A DNA stretch of 64,000 bases from Nemertoderma westbladi (lineage: Eukaryota > Animalia > Xenacoelomorpha), in the NCBI GenBank assembly GCA_032718475.1, contig JAUCBJ010008117.1, forward strand, positions 62,001-126,000, read 5' to 3'. The notes beneath the pieces were generated by a model. That model was not told where the DNA came from, did no database searches, and saw only the letters and a program-made list of their open reading frames with translations. The position numbers and the translations under genes were made by a program. Positions 47,912 to 60,545 of this stretch are shown here, in pieces. Each line of letters starts with the position of its first letter. The stretch's first letter is position 1.

Positions 47912-50790
47912 TACTACTACTACTAGGTCGAGCGAACTCGGACATTGGAAATGAGATCCTTCCAGGCTTCCCGATTCTCCATAGTTGTCGCAATTTCGTT
48001 TCTCCTAAGTTCAGTATCCCTTTCAAGTTATCTATATATGTTATGGCCGGTCGTCCACGACTACGCTTTCCATGGGTTGGTTGCCCGAAAAGTAGATCTG
48101 GTATGACCTCGTCTTTACTTCGCCAGCAGTTCCCACTGAATCTTAATCTGCGTTCACAGAGGGTGGTTAATACACGTGGTATTGTACCATAACGCTTGGC
48201 GTTTGTCATGTGTTGTCTCCAGCTGATGTTTAGGGCTGCCCTTAGTAGTCTTGTGTAGCAACCATTAATTCGTTGTTCAAGTGATTTAGTCAATGAGTGT
48301 CCAGGTCTCACCCCCGTATAAAAATACACTTTCCACTGTGGCTCGAAAGAACTTAGTCTTCAGGTGCCTGGAGAGATCTGATTTCCAGATGGTATCCATT
48401 TTTGATAGAGCTAACCCAAGCCTTTGCTTTCCTAACTTCTATGTCCTTTTTGCTACTCTCTATCCATGATCCAAGGTACTGGAAGTCGTCGACCTTCCTT
48501 AGTTGATTATTATCAATAGTTGTCAAGTTTCCATCAACAATAAAGGTCATGAATTCGGTCTTGGTAGCATTTATATGCAATCCAACCTCCTTAGCAGCCC
48601 TCTCCACTTTATTTAGTAGAAGCTGTGCATCTGCTAGCGTATTAGAGAGCAGGGCGATGTCATCCGCAAAGTCGGTGACTGCGACTGTAGTTGCCGGATA
48701 TCTACTACTTCTGCGTTCTTGAAGTGTGAATCCCAGATCTTCACCCTTTGTGGCCATCCTCATTGCGTAATCCAGCACAATTAGAAATAGTAATGGTGCT
48801 AATGTGTCACCTTGCAGTACGCCAGCCAGGATTGAGACAAACTCAGTTTCACCATCTGGTGAGAGTACCTGCGCTTCTGTGTCACAATATAACAATCCAA
48901 TGCCAGCAACAATTACTTCTGGTATTCCATAAGCTCTTAGGATTTCAAGCATTTTTCCTCTATGGATGGAGTCGAATGGCTTCTTGAAGTCCACAAAAGT
49001 CATGACTGCGGGGAGATTCTTTGATTTAATTCCTTCAATCAGTCTCCGTAGTGCAAGTATCTGAGCTATTGTTGATCTACTTGTTCGAAATCCGTTTTGG
49101 CTCTACGCAGTAGTTTCTCTATGTGAGGCCTAATCCTATATACTGTAGAATCATTTTATTGTATATTTTGGCAGGTACCACAAGCAGACAGATCCCACGA
49201 CAGTTTGTTGGTATACCGAGGTCTCCTTTCTTGGGCAGAGGCTTTAGTTGACCTTTAGTCCAAATTGGTGGTGGCTTTTCCCCTTTTAACACCCGGTTGC
49301 ATTCAATAATGTTTAGCACTCCTGTTTTCCATACCTCGGCTGAGATTTCATCTAATCCACTCGCTTTATTATTGGCCATGCTTTTAATGCTTGCTTTAGA
49401 GTTCGACAGGTGTGAAGTCCCGTGTTTCTATAGGTAGTGTCTTGTCATATATTTTCCTTGTAGGGCTGACCGCGATGTTTGGTGGCTGCCCAAGCAAGTT
49501 GCTGAGGTGATTTTTCCACTTCCCAACACGTTCTTCAGGACTATCGGCTTTGAGGCGCCCCTTTGCACAACTTTTCCGACCAGATACCTCATTTACAGTT
49601 TGCCAGGTAAGTCTTGATTGTTGCTGTATGTGAGCAGTTGTAATTGCTTCAGTTTTATCCTGTATGTACTTTTCCTGGCTGATGTTTTAGGCCAATTTAA
49701 GATCGTCCTTAGCTTTCTCAACCTTGTTAATGTTTTCAGTTGTTGGTTGTTCGGTTTTAACTTTGTAGGCTATCTTAAGATCTTCTCTCTAACCTCTGAG
49801 TTTTGCCATGGCACATACTGTTTTCGTTTGGGTTTCTGGGGGATATGCCTCTTAGCTGATTCCTTGTGGGCTGTTATTATATTCTGGTATATTGAATCGG
49901 TGGACTGGTCTTCATCCATTGACTGAAGTGCTTCAAAGCGGTTTTGAAATTCTACTGTGTAAGCCTTCTACTGTGTAAGCATTCAAAAACGGGCTGATGT
50001 TGAGGGATCAATGTATAATTAAAATTATTGAAATAAACATAGAAATAAAGAACAATTACAGATTCCTTTTCTAAATTTTTGAAGAGGGGTTTGCACAAGG
50101 CGCTGACATTTAGACCGAGAAGGGAAGGTCAGCCGTGGGCAGGGAGCTTTAAATACCACCTGCAGCTTAGTCGTGATTGGAGTAACGTTTCGATCCACCC
50201 ATTGGGTGAATCGACTCGCTAGAGGGCACGGCCTTGGGGTACTAAGGAAGACGTGAAACTATACGTTTCGACCCAATATATGAAAGCGGGATCGAAACGT
50301 GCAGAAATAATTGTGGTTTACAATATACGTAGGTTTGCGGCCGTTAAAAATACTAGAATAAGCACAGATAGGTCGGTTATTCTTCACATGGCTGAATGTT
50401 TTCATTTCAGACATTTCTAAAATGTTTTCATTTCAGCCCACTTTGGTAGACTAGATAACTGCCGAGGGATTACTGTCCCAAAAAATACGCAGCCTGTGGA
50501 TGGTCAACAGTATCACCTTTCATACCTTTCGTCCTCTAGCGGCAGGCCGGAGAACTACAGACCGATTACCGACCCCACAAAGATACAAGACAAGGCGCTC
50601 TCCAGGTGTAATGTCCTTTATCCTAGGGGGCCGCAGCGTTTTTGGAGTAGAAGGTGACCGAGGAGGGTTTCCACGAGAGTTTGGGATTAATAAATTGGGT
50701 GAAAGGCGCATCTGGGCGGCTCACCCGACAGTCGATAAGATTCCAAGCCAGCCATTTCAGCCTTGAGGAAGAAAAGGAGCGCCTCAAGGA
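47912..50790 (-). mobile_element. Second, more decayed copy of the RTE-clade LINE, endonuclease deleted, probable 5' UTR retained
   Basis: 47912-49980 is highly similar to 24307-26360 with frameshifts and the same (AGT)n tail. The GC-richer 50080-50790 segment is inferred to be the 5' UTR. Confidence 0.8.
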
Positions 50791-51249
50791 TGTTTTCTAG
50801 CACAAGTCTGACAAAGTTTCAGTTTGAACTGATCGTAAATAACTGAATGGGTGATAAATTTCACTTTCAGTCAATTTTCCCTCTAAAGGCAAATTTAAAA
50901 CTGCAGACGGAATATATCCGTTTGAATCACACAGCTAATGGTCCAGTACAAATCTGTCTAGTTTCAGTTTGAACGGATTAAAAGCAAAGAAATGGGAGGA
51001 CATTTAACGTTTAGATATGTAGGCCCTAGTCCTCTAGCAGGAGACTGTTGAAGTGTTGGTGTCTGAAAATTCAACTTTTGCTCTTATGCCTACAAATTTT
51101 CAACTCGAGATCTCTAAGTCTCTAGTCATTAGCATATCAAAATCGTAACGACAACAACTATTTGCCAACATTAACCCATCATCTTAAAAGTTTCAGTTCG
51201 TACTTCGAATTTTTTTGCCAAAAAAATTTCTAGGCTCTATCATGGATCC

Positions 51250-52292
51250 ATTTTCATTTTTCCATTTTATTACTGTTCTTGGGCATCATTTGGGTTCAGA
51301 AAATGAATTTTTACAATAGTAACCATTTTCTTGAATGCTCAAAATATGTATTTTTAAGCAATATTAAATTCTATTTGAATGAATTTTTTGTAGTGTTTTT
51401 TTTATGGAAGCTATTATCGGTATTTATGCTACAGTATATACAGTAAAAATTTATTTTTGCATACGCTAATGACGGGACGGAAAATGAAAATAAATTGAGA
51501 TAATTAAAATGCCAATATTTTATAGGGCATTAAGTTTAGCCTGGGTACCAATATGTTAATTGTACTGTGTTTTATCTTTGTGTGTGTTATAAGATTTGAT
51601 TTTATAAAAAAATATAAAATTCTAGAACATAGTTGTACCTTCCCACAATATTGGTAGCTTTAAAATTGCCATTTGTTGTGTTATTTTTATTGTAATTTTT
51701 ACTAGCTTATAAAGATAATGGTAGCTATAAAGAGAAAGGTTTTATTTTACACTTTTTATTTGGGCAAAGGAAATCGCACTTTCTTCGTTTTCCAGTATCT
51801 TATTAATTTTCCTTAAAATATCCGCTTAATGTCTGCAAAAGTGCGGATAATATAATTATTTATTACATGGGAAAAAAAGTAGAACTTTTTTTCACTATTC
51901 TCGAGGCATTTTATTTACTGAGCGTCAGCGAGGTTAATAAAGGGTCGAGAGGTCTAGATTCATGTTCTACAGTACGTCTTAAAATGCCCTATAAAATATT
52001 GCATTTTAATTATCTCAATTTATTTTTAATTATCTCAATTTATTTTCAATAGGGTACCGTCCCGTCATTAGCGTATGCAAAAATAAATTTTTACTGTATT
52101 TAGCCGAAATACCGATAATAGCTTCCATAAAAAAAACACTACAAAAAATTCATTCAAATAGAATTTAATATTGCTTAAAAATACATATTTGGAGCATTCA
52201 AGAAAATGGTTACTACAGGGTGTATTGTAAAAATTCCTTTTCTGAACCCAAATGATGCCCAAGAACAGTAATAAAATGGAAAAATGAAAATG
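51250..52292. mobile_element. Foldback/MULE-like element with about 280-bp inverted arms
   Basis: CATTTTCATTTTTCCATTTTATTACTGTTCTTGGGCATC...TATAGGGCATT versus its reverse complement at about 51982-52292. Confidence 0.75.
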
Positions 52293-53059
52293 TTTTAAGT
52301 TACTGTATTACTGTACGTTACGGTTGAAAAACTGAACTTTTTACGTTACGATATTACATTACGGAATAATTTCCAAATTACGTTACGTTACTGTACAGTA
52401 TTCCGAAAAAAATAATTTCGTATTACCGAAAATACCGTAACGTAAATAACCGGTGCAGATTGCCATAGATACAAAGGGATATTTAAAGTTTCATCCTAAT
52501 TTTGTCTGAAGTATAGTTTCAATGTTTAGAAATAGCAAATTAACTTAACATAAAAATAACTTTAAATTGGTAGAACGGCTCGTGGCTTGTGTTATAATAG
52601 GTTGTCATAATAAGACAAACAGGTAGCGGTGGCCCTGTAGGTCGTAGGCCTACCATGTAACCTGCTGACCTGTCCTGTAAATCTATGATCTATACCATTG
52701 CAGCAGACTGCGTTGTTATAGGCTACTGCTAGGATAGAGCAGGGCCTCAGTATAAATAGTTCAGTCAGTAGCCCTAGCCTAACATTTATTAAAACCTAAT
52801 GTTTAATTAAAACTTTAACTCAACAACCATTAATTAATTAGTAATTATTTTTAAATAATTATAGTATACAGTATATTAATATTAAAGCTTTTGACTCTGT
52901 TCCCAGATCAAGTATACTCTCAAAATTTTACAACTTCGGAAAAAAAGGTAAACTTAGGGTGCTTATAAGCATTATGCTTGTTGCCCAATTTGGTGAACTT
53001 CGATGTCCAATATAATAAATCTAATGTTAAACTAAACTAATAAAAGGTAAACTGTTTAT

Positions 53060-54180
53060 TTTACTGAAGGACCTTCTGCTTGGTAACACAATACGAATAT
53101 TCAACGGCATCCAACTATCGAAAATAATAACTCAACTGCGTGGAGTTCTTCAGGGAGATTTCCTTAGCCCCACACTTTTTGCCTTAGCCCCACACTTTTT
53201 GCCTTAGCGCCACACCTTTTTACCTTAGCGCCACACTTTTTGCCTTAGCCCCACACTTTTTGCCTTAGCCCCACACTTTTTTGCCTTAGCCCCACACTTT
53301 TTATTATAGTTATTGCAGACCTCGCCTCAATACTACGGGCAATAGCTTCTACCATTTGTTTTACGCCGACGACCTGGCAAAATACTCCCGAAATCCCATT
53401 GACATCCAGAATGAGTTAAATAAATTACATAAATGGTGCAATCTTAATGGAATGGAGGTCAATTTGGTGAAAACCAAAATAACTAAGTTAAGAAAGGGTG
53501 GGCCATTAGCTCAAACTCACCATTTTACATACAATGGAGCTACTGTAACCATATTTGCAACGAATATGAATATCTTGGGGTCGCTCTACAACCAACACTG
53601 CTTCTCCCAACACATAAAATCTAAAAAGAAAAAGGCTGACCGTGTCACTGAATTACTTCCACCTTCTTTCGGTTGAAACGGGCTTTTCAATATTTCGAAT
53701 TAAAATTGCTCCTATAGTATCATATTTAATAAACGCCATCGGCAGTTATCTCACCCTATCACACATAAAAGAGATATGGACAAAGTGAAATATAAACATT
53801 ATAAACGGTTACTCCGCCTTCACAGCTGTCAGCTCTGCATCATCCACAATGGCCTTGAAACTTGTCAATCAAAACACCTTTATAGAGGATATACTTGAAC
53901 AATACCCACACGCTTTCAACCTTGAAACTCTTAATCAATACCGAGCTCACAGACATGAAAGAAATAAACTTCATAAACCAACAATACACTACAGGACCCG
54001 CCTTCACAAACCCAACCTGGAAAACCGGTGGTTAACAGAACATATTCCTAGTTACTAATTTCACTGCGCATGGGTACCATCACAAATTATGCTGCAACCC
54101 CACCCCGTTCCACATAATCTCCGATAACAACTGCCGCTGTAAACTATGTTCCACCTCCGGAATCTTATGGTACCACGCTA
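53060..54180 (+). pseudogene. Decayed LINE RT fragment containing a roughly 20-bp tandem expansion
   Basis: GVLQGDFLSPTLF then FYADDL. CCTTAGCCCCACACTTTTTG x7 at 53162-53302. Flanked by GTTACG-rich subterminal repeats (52300-52445, 54190-54335). Confidence 0.7.
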
Positions 54181-54864
54181 AAACAAATATTACGCTATTA
54201 CGTTACGGTTTACGGAAAAAATATACAGTAAAATTACGTTACGGTATTGAAAAAGCTATTACGTTACGGTTTACGTTACAGGTATATTGAGCTACGGTAT
54301 TTCTGAAAAGGTACCGTAACGTAACGTAATAACATCCTTGGTTACTGCAATTCAAATTATTATTGTACTCTTCAACTTCTGATGATGCCTAACTCAATGT
54401 TAAATAATTTAGTATTCTCGAATATTTATTACATAACTAAAGAGCCGCTTAAACCAATATTGGATATTTAGTTCCGTTTTCGAGTACGCCGCGCAGACAC
54501 AACTTTTCCATAACTTTTGAGTTAATGCATAGATTTTGCTCAAATTAGGTCAAATTCCTGCGTAGTGTAGCGGTTTTTCAATGATTCCCTAAAAACACAT
54601 ATACAGATAAAAGTCAAAATTATGGTACCCAATCTATTCAATGTAGAATCTAATTCATTGTACACCTAGGCAGCTAGATAATCATTAATAATGTAATAAA
54701 TTCAATATTTTCGTGATTATATTTTTAAATCTAATGATAATTCGCTTAACGTGGTTTTTGGCAAAGTTTGGAGTTGGACCCCGTTCATGAAAACAACATG
54801 AAAAATATTTCATGGGTGGCTTTATAAATTAAAGATGTAATATAATGGTTTTGTTCAGAAATGG

Positions 54865-54968
54865 AAAAAATGAGAAAGCGCGTCACCGGAGGTTGAACCA
54901 CCGCTATACGTACGTTTCTGCCTATCAGGCCTCATCAGTAGCGCTAACCAGTTCAGCCACTAGCCCCT
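54865..54968 (-). ncRNA. Pol III/tRNA-like cassette containing a minimal type I hammerhead ribozyme motif
   Basis: Minus strand: A box TGGCTGAACTGG, then CGCTA-CTGATGA-GGCCTGATAGGCA-GAAA-CGTACG-TA-TAGCG, then B-box-like GGTTCAACC, then TTTTTT. Confidence 0.7.
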
Positions 54969-55009
54969 GATATTCACTATCCCACCTAATCCACTTCTAT
55001 TGAACAGGC

Positions 55010-55273
55010 AGTCTTAAGTTGCATATCTTCAATTCATATCTCCAATTCTTTTATTTATAAATTAATACTATTTAAGAAATTATTTAATACTAATCATAAT
55101 ATTATGTTTTGATGAATAAAATATAAAAAAAATATGTTTCAATATGTTTGGGGGAGTAAGTGTTAAAACTTAGTAATATTATGATTAGTATTAAATAATT
55201 TCTTAAATATTATTAATTTATAAATAAATGAATTGGAGATATGAATTGAAGATATGATATGCAACTTGAGACT
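55010..55273. repeat. AT-rich inverted repeat, about 95-bp arms
   Basis: AGTCTTAAGTTGCATATC...AATCATAATATTA versus TAATATTATGATT...ATATGCAACTTGAGACT. Confidence 0.85.
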
Positions 55274-55833
55274 ATTAAGCCCCACCACTGTGAATTACTG
55301 CCATGGGAAAAAATTATTTTGGATACATGTGATATCGAGGACCGTCACGATTCTGTTGAAAGTTCTAATTTTTTATTTTGTTAGCTAGTATTTTTAAAAA
55401 TTTGCCCTAATTCGGTCCTAAATGGACACCAAAGACGACTTCAGTAAACTCTGACCTACAGTGAATTAATTGTCACAAGTTACGAAACATTACAAACCTT
55501 ATTTTCGGCTGTTAAATCATATTTTTTACTTGTTATTGCTCGAAGAATATGTACTAGAGCAGGTGGTACCGTTTCAATAAGATCAGGGTCAACAATATTC
55601 TCCAGGTTAACGGCAATTACAAACTCCATCCCTTCAGTTTCTGATGAACATCCAGTAATATATTAAGATCAGAATAAATAACAATTGAAGGCAATAGGTT
55701 CAATATTTCTATATCGGGTAAATTTCTTACGATATCACGAAATCAGCTGCAGATTTATTCTAGATTTTTTGATGGAAAACAATATGTTTGCTATAGCGAC
55801 GAAGGTTAGGCGGCTTCCTTTCGTGTTTTATTA

Positions 55834-58298
55834 TGTAGGAAAACTCTAGATAGCGCAATACTAACCTTGTAGGAACACTCTAGATAGCGCAATACTAACC
55901 TTGTAGGAACACTCTAGATAGCGCAATACTAACCTTGTAGGAACACTATAGATAGCGCAATACTAACCTTGTAGGAACACTCTAGATAGCGCAATACTAA
56001 CCTTGTAGGAACACTCTAGATAGCGCAATACTAACCTTGTAGGAACACTATAGATAGCGCAATACTAACCTTGTAGGAACACTCTAGATAGCGCAATACT
56101 AACCTTGTAGGAACACTCTAGATAGCGTAATACTAACCTTGTAGGAACACTCTAGATAGCGCAATACTAACCTTGTAGGAACACTCTAGATAGCGCAATA
56201 CTAACCTTGTAGGAACACTATAGATAGCGCAATACTAACCTTGTAGGAACACTATAGATAGCGCAATACTAACCTTGTAGGAACACTCTAGATAGCGCAA
56301 TACTAACCTTGTAGGAACGGAACACTCTAGATAGCGCAATACTAACCTTGTAGGAACACTATAGATAGCGCAATACTAACCTTGTAGGAACACTCTAGAT
56401 AGCGCAATACTAACCTTGTAGGAACACTCTAGATAGCGCAATACTAACCTTGTAGGAACACTCTAGATAGCGCAATACTAACCTTGTAGGAATACTCTAG
56501 ATAGCGCAATACTAACCTTGTAGGAACGGAACACTCTAGATAGCGCAATACTAACCATGTAGGAACACTTTAGATAGCGCAATACTAACCTTGTAGGAAC
56601 ACTCTAGATAGCGCAATACTAACCTTGTAGGAACACTCTAGATAGCGCAATACTAACCTTGTAGGAACACTATAGACAGCGCAATACTAACCTTGTAGGA
56701 ACACTCTAGATAGCGCAATACTAACCTTGTAGGAACACTCTAGATAGCGCAATACTAACCTTGTAGGAACGGAACACTCTAGATAGCGCAATACTAACCA
56801 TGCAGGAACACTATAGATAGCGCAATACTAACCTTGTAGGAACACTCTAGATAGCGCAATACTAACCTTGTAGGAACACTCTAGATAGCGCAATACTAAC
56901 CTTGTAGGAACACTATAGATAGCGCAATACTTACCTTGTAGGAACTCTATAGATAGCGCAATACTAACCTTGTAGGAACTCTATAGATAGCGCAATACTA
57001 ACCTTGTAGGAACACTATAGATAGCGCAATACTAACCTTGTAGGAACACTATAGATAGCGCAATACTAACCTTGTAGGAACACTCTAGATAGCGCAATAC
57101 TAACCTTGTAGGAACACTCTAGATAGCGCAATACTAACTTTGTAGGAACACTATAGATAGCGCAATACTAACCTTGTAGGAACACTATAGATAGCGCAAT
57201 ACTAACCTTGTAGGAACACTCTAGATAGCGCAATACTAACCTTGTAGGAACTCTATAGATAGCGCAATACTAACCTTGTAGGAACACTCTAGATAGCGCA
57301 ATACTAACCTTGTAGGAACACTCTAGATAGCGCAATACTAACCTTGTAGGAACACTCTAGATAGCGCAATACTAACCTTGTAGGAACTCTATAGATAGCG
57401 CAATACTAACCTTGTAGGAACACTCTAGATAGCGCAATACTAACCTTGTAGGAACACTATAGATAGCGCAATACTAACCTTGTAGGAACACTCTAGATAG
57501 CGCAATACTAACCTTGTAGGAACACTATAGATAGCGCAATACTAACCTTGTAGGAACACTGTAGATAGCGCAATACTAACCTTGTAGGAACACTATAGAT
57601 AGCGCAATACTAACCTTGTAGGAACACTCTAGATAGCGCAATACTAACCTTGTAGGAACTCTATAGATAGCGCAATACTAACCTTGTAGGAACACTCTAG
57701 ATAGCGCAATACTAACCTTGTAGGAACACTCTAGATAGCGCAATACTAACCTTGTAGGAACACTCTAGATAGCGCAATACTAACCTTGTAGGAACTCTAT
57801 AGATAGCGCAATACTAACCTTGTAGGAACACTCTAGATAGCGCAATACTAACTTTGTAGGAACACTATAGATAGCGCAATACTAACCTTGTAGGAACACT
57901 ATAGATAGCGCAATACTAACCTTGTAGGAACACTCTAGATAGCGCAATACTAACCTTGTAGGAACTCTATAGATAGCGCAATACTAACCTTGTAGGAACA
58001 CTCTAGATAGCGCAATACTAACCTTGTAGGAACACTCTAGATAGCGCAATACTAACCTTGTAGGAACACTCTAGATAGCGCAATACTAACCTTGTAGGAA
58101 CTCTATAGATAGCGCAATACTAACCTTGTAGGAACACTCTAGATAGCGCAATACTAACCTTGTAGGAACACTATAGATAGCGCAATACTAACCTTGTAGG
58201 AACACTCTAGATAGCGCAATACTAACCTTGTAGGAACACTATAGATAGCGCAATACTAACCTTGTAGGAACACTGTAGATAGCGCAATACTAACCTTG
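55834..58298. repeat. 34-bp satellite, about 72 copies
   Basis: TGTAGGAACACT(C/A)TAGATAGCGCAATACTAACCT, head to tail with no spacers. Confidence 0.97.
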
Positions 58299-58623
58299 CG
58301 GCGTACTTCACTCATCGGTTGTTGGTATTAATATATGTTTATGCATATATGATAATGTTTAGTATGGGGGAATATTTGATGTTTTTAAACTGAAGAAATA
58401 AGTTAATTTAATTCAAAGAACAATAACTGTGCTGTGCATGTATTGTGAACAATTGGAAAAATAAATTACTTAAAATATAATAAATAAATGCAATTCAACA
58501 AGAATCTGACATCCCTAAAAAACTTAACTGCAATTATATTTGTTGCGAATAAAAGTAAAAGTTAAATAAATTGCGTCTGTTTAGCTTATGTGTCACAAGT
58601 GGCTATCGATTGGGACACGGAAG

Positions 58624-60222
58624 TTATTCGCGTTTCTCTTTCTCCTCGGACTCGGGGGTATAAGAGATCCCGTACTCGTTGTACCTCGTCTTATCCACGG
58701 GATACAACCACCGCTGGTAAAGGAAGACCACAAAGACTACGTCGTCACGGAAACACGCGATCCTATGGGCGGTAGGCATGGTAATGATAAACGCGAAGAG
58801 GTCGTCAATGAAGGTGTTAAAGGCTTTGTAGCCAAGGGCTCTCCAGGGGAGATGAGCGACAGAGCGGAGTTTATAGTTGACGAACAGCTGCGGGAGCATG
58901 AAGAGGAAGCCGAAAGCGTAGACGCCGTTAACGAGGCACTGGATGGACCAGGAGTACCAACTCTTATGGGGGACAAAGTAGAGGGAGTAGAGAGATCCGG
59001 CGAGACACAAGGGAACGAGAGCGATGGAGAGGTACCGCATAGCGTGCGAGTCGAATCCGTCAGTAGTCAACTCCTCAGCGCTGTAGGAGCCCAGCGTGAG
59101 TCTGGGAAGCAGGCCGACCCAACGGATGGTCACCTTGAAGGCCTTGGAGAGTTTCCAGAACTCTATGAAGACGCCGATGGCGAAGGGGTAGCGGATGAGC
59201 GCGCTGGTCTGCTGATCCTGGAGGTAGAGGAGCACGACGACCGAGCTGAAAGCTCGCCAGATGAGCGTGCGAGACGATAACCCTACCATGGAGTCCCTGG
59301 AGCGCCAGAAGGAGACGTCGTTCTTGAATGCGAGGAAATCGAAGAGAAGATGGAGGACGGAGATGACGACCGTGACGAAGAGTAGGTAGACGTTTGTGTC
59401 GGACATGAGTCCACGGACCTCGTCTAGATCGCGGTCCCCGAACCCCAGATCACGCAGATTCGACATGCTCTGTAGGATCTGCGAGTGAAGACGCAACTTC
59501 CCTAACGTTATAGGGGAGAAACTCAAAGACAACTGCATAGTCTCGGCATCGTCTACGACAACTAGGTCCTTCACCTTGACTCCCAGTTCGTTTATGTAGA
59601 CGAGCGGGAGGTAGGAGCCCTCCGGGGTGAGTTGGAACCGGCGGTAGAGTTCCGAGGGGATTCCGTTCCGATGGAACACGTGATTACGGTCCATCACGTG
59701 CACCGATAGTCGCGGCTTCCAGTGCGTGGTCGTGGCGTTGTTGGGCTTCCCGACGGAGGTCTCTTCCGCGTCCCCGAGGAGGTTCATCGAGACGAGTTGG
59801 CGCTCGGTGTGCTGCGTCAACGGGGACCACGTGTATCCGCTGTACCGGTTCCCGAAGGGGCTGCTCCCAACTGGGTGGAGGAACACGTGCAGGTACATGG
59901 ATCCGTTATCCCGGGTAGATGGAGGTATAGCAACATCCAGCACTTCCTCGAAACTCGAATGCAAATCGAATTCCTTTATGCCCAGGAGTTTATTGAGTTC
60001 GTTTCTAGTCACTCCAGATTTGGGATGTTTCGTGGAAGTATAGAGGGACAACTGTAGGGCAGGGGCTGCGCTCAGGTATGGGGGTAGACAGACTGGCGCC
60101 TTCGGGTCCGGGCATTCTTCCGGGTAGAATATACCGTAGAGACCGTAAAGGGTATAAACCAAGTACGTAGTGGCGAGTCCGCAAACAGCTACTGTAAACC
60201 ACGGAAATTTTCCGACTCCCAT
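58624..60222 (-). CDS. CLPTM1L: Lipid scramblase CLPTM1L (CLPTM1 family), intronless, 532 aa
   Basis: ATG to stop, N-terminal TM segment, and family motifs LFDFLAFKNDVSFW, FLFMLPQLFVNYKLRSVAHLPW, YKAFNTFIDDLFAFIITMPTAHRIACFRDDVVF, YQRWLYPVDKTR. Confidence 0.95.
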   Translation of the reverse strand: MGVGKFPWFTVAVCGLATTYLVYTLYGLYGIFYPEECPDPKAPVCLPPYLSAAPALQLSLYTSTKHPKSGVTRNELNKLLGIKEFDLHSSFEEVLDVAIPPSTRDNGSMYLHVFLHPVGSSPFGNRYSGYTWSPLTQHTERQLVSMNLLGDAEETSVGKPNNATTTHWKPRLSVHVMDRNHVFHRNGIPSELYRRFQLTPEGSYLPLVYINELGVKVKDLVVVDDAETMQLSLSFSPITLGKLRLHSQILQSMSNLRDLGFGDRDLDEVRGLMSDTNVYLLFVTVVISVLHLLFDFLAFKNDVSFWRSRDSMVGLSSRTLIWRAFSSVVVLLYLQDQQTSALIRYPFAIGVFIEFWKLSKAFKVTIRWVGLLPRLTLGSYSAEELTTDGFDSHAMRYLSIALVPLCLAGSLYSLYFVPHKSWYSWSIQCLVNGVYAFGFLFMLPQLFVNYKLRSVAHLPWRALGYKAFNTFIDDLFAFIITMPTAHRIACFRDDVVFVVFLYQRWLYPVDKTRYNEYGISYTPESEEKEKRE

Positions 60223-60545
60223 ATTTGTATTACTATAGGCCTATTGCTTTGTCATTTACTAACTTACTGCATTACTGATGCTGTAGGCCTAGGCCTAATG
60301 TACTTTGTCACCACTTGCTGACTTGAAACAGTACAATGGTGCTATAGGCTGATAGGCCACATAGGCTGATAGGCTTAGTACATTACAGCATTAATCTACA
60401 GTATGGCGGTACGTTTACTACAGTATACTGATACTATCATATATACGATAGTCCTACCGGTAACTGAAAGTGAACGGAGCTTATGCAGTTATGACTGTAT
60501 GATGTTATGCCAGCTTTCAATCTGTATTCAGGCTAGCTTCTCTTC

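Noticed and set aside
55834-58298. CRISPR-like 34-bp periodic array (also 28601-29397 and 45640-46571)
   Set aside because: Units are head to tail with no unique spacers, there are no cas genes, and the context is eukaryotic. These are ordinary satellites.
58588-59280. 230-aa plus-strand ORF and other ORFs overlapping CLPTM1L, BEL pol and RTE
   Set aside because: Antisense shadows of real coding frames with no independent motifs.
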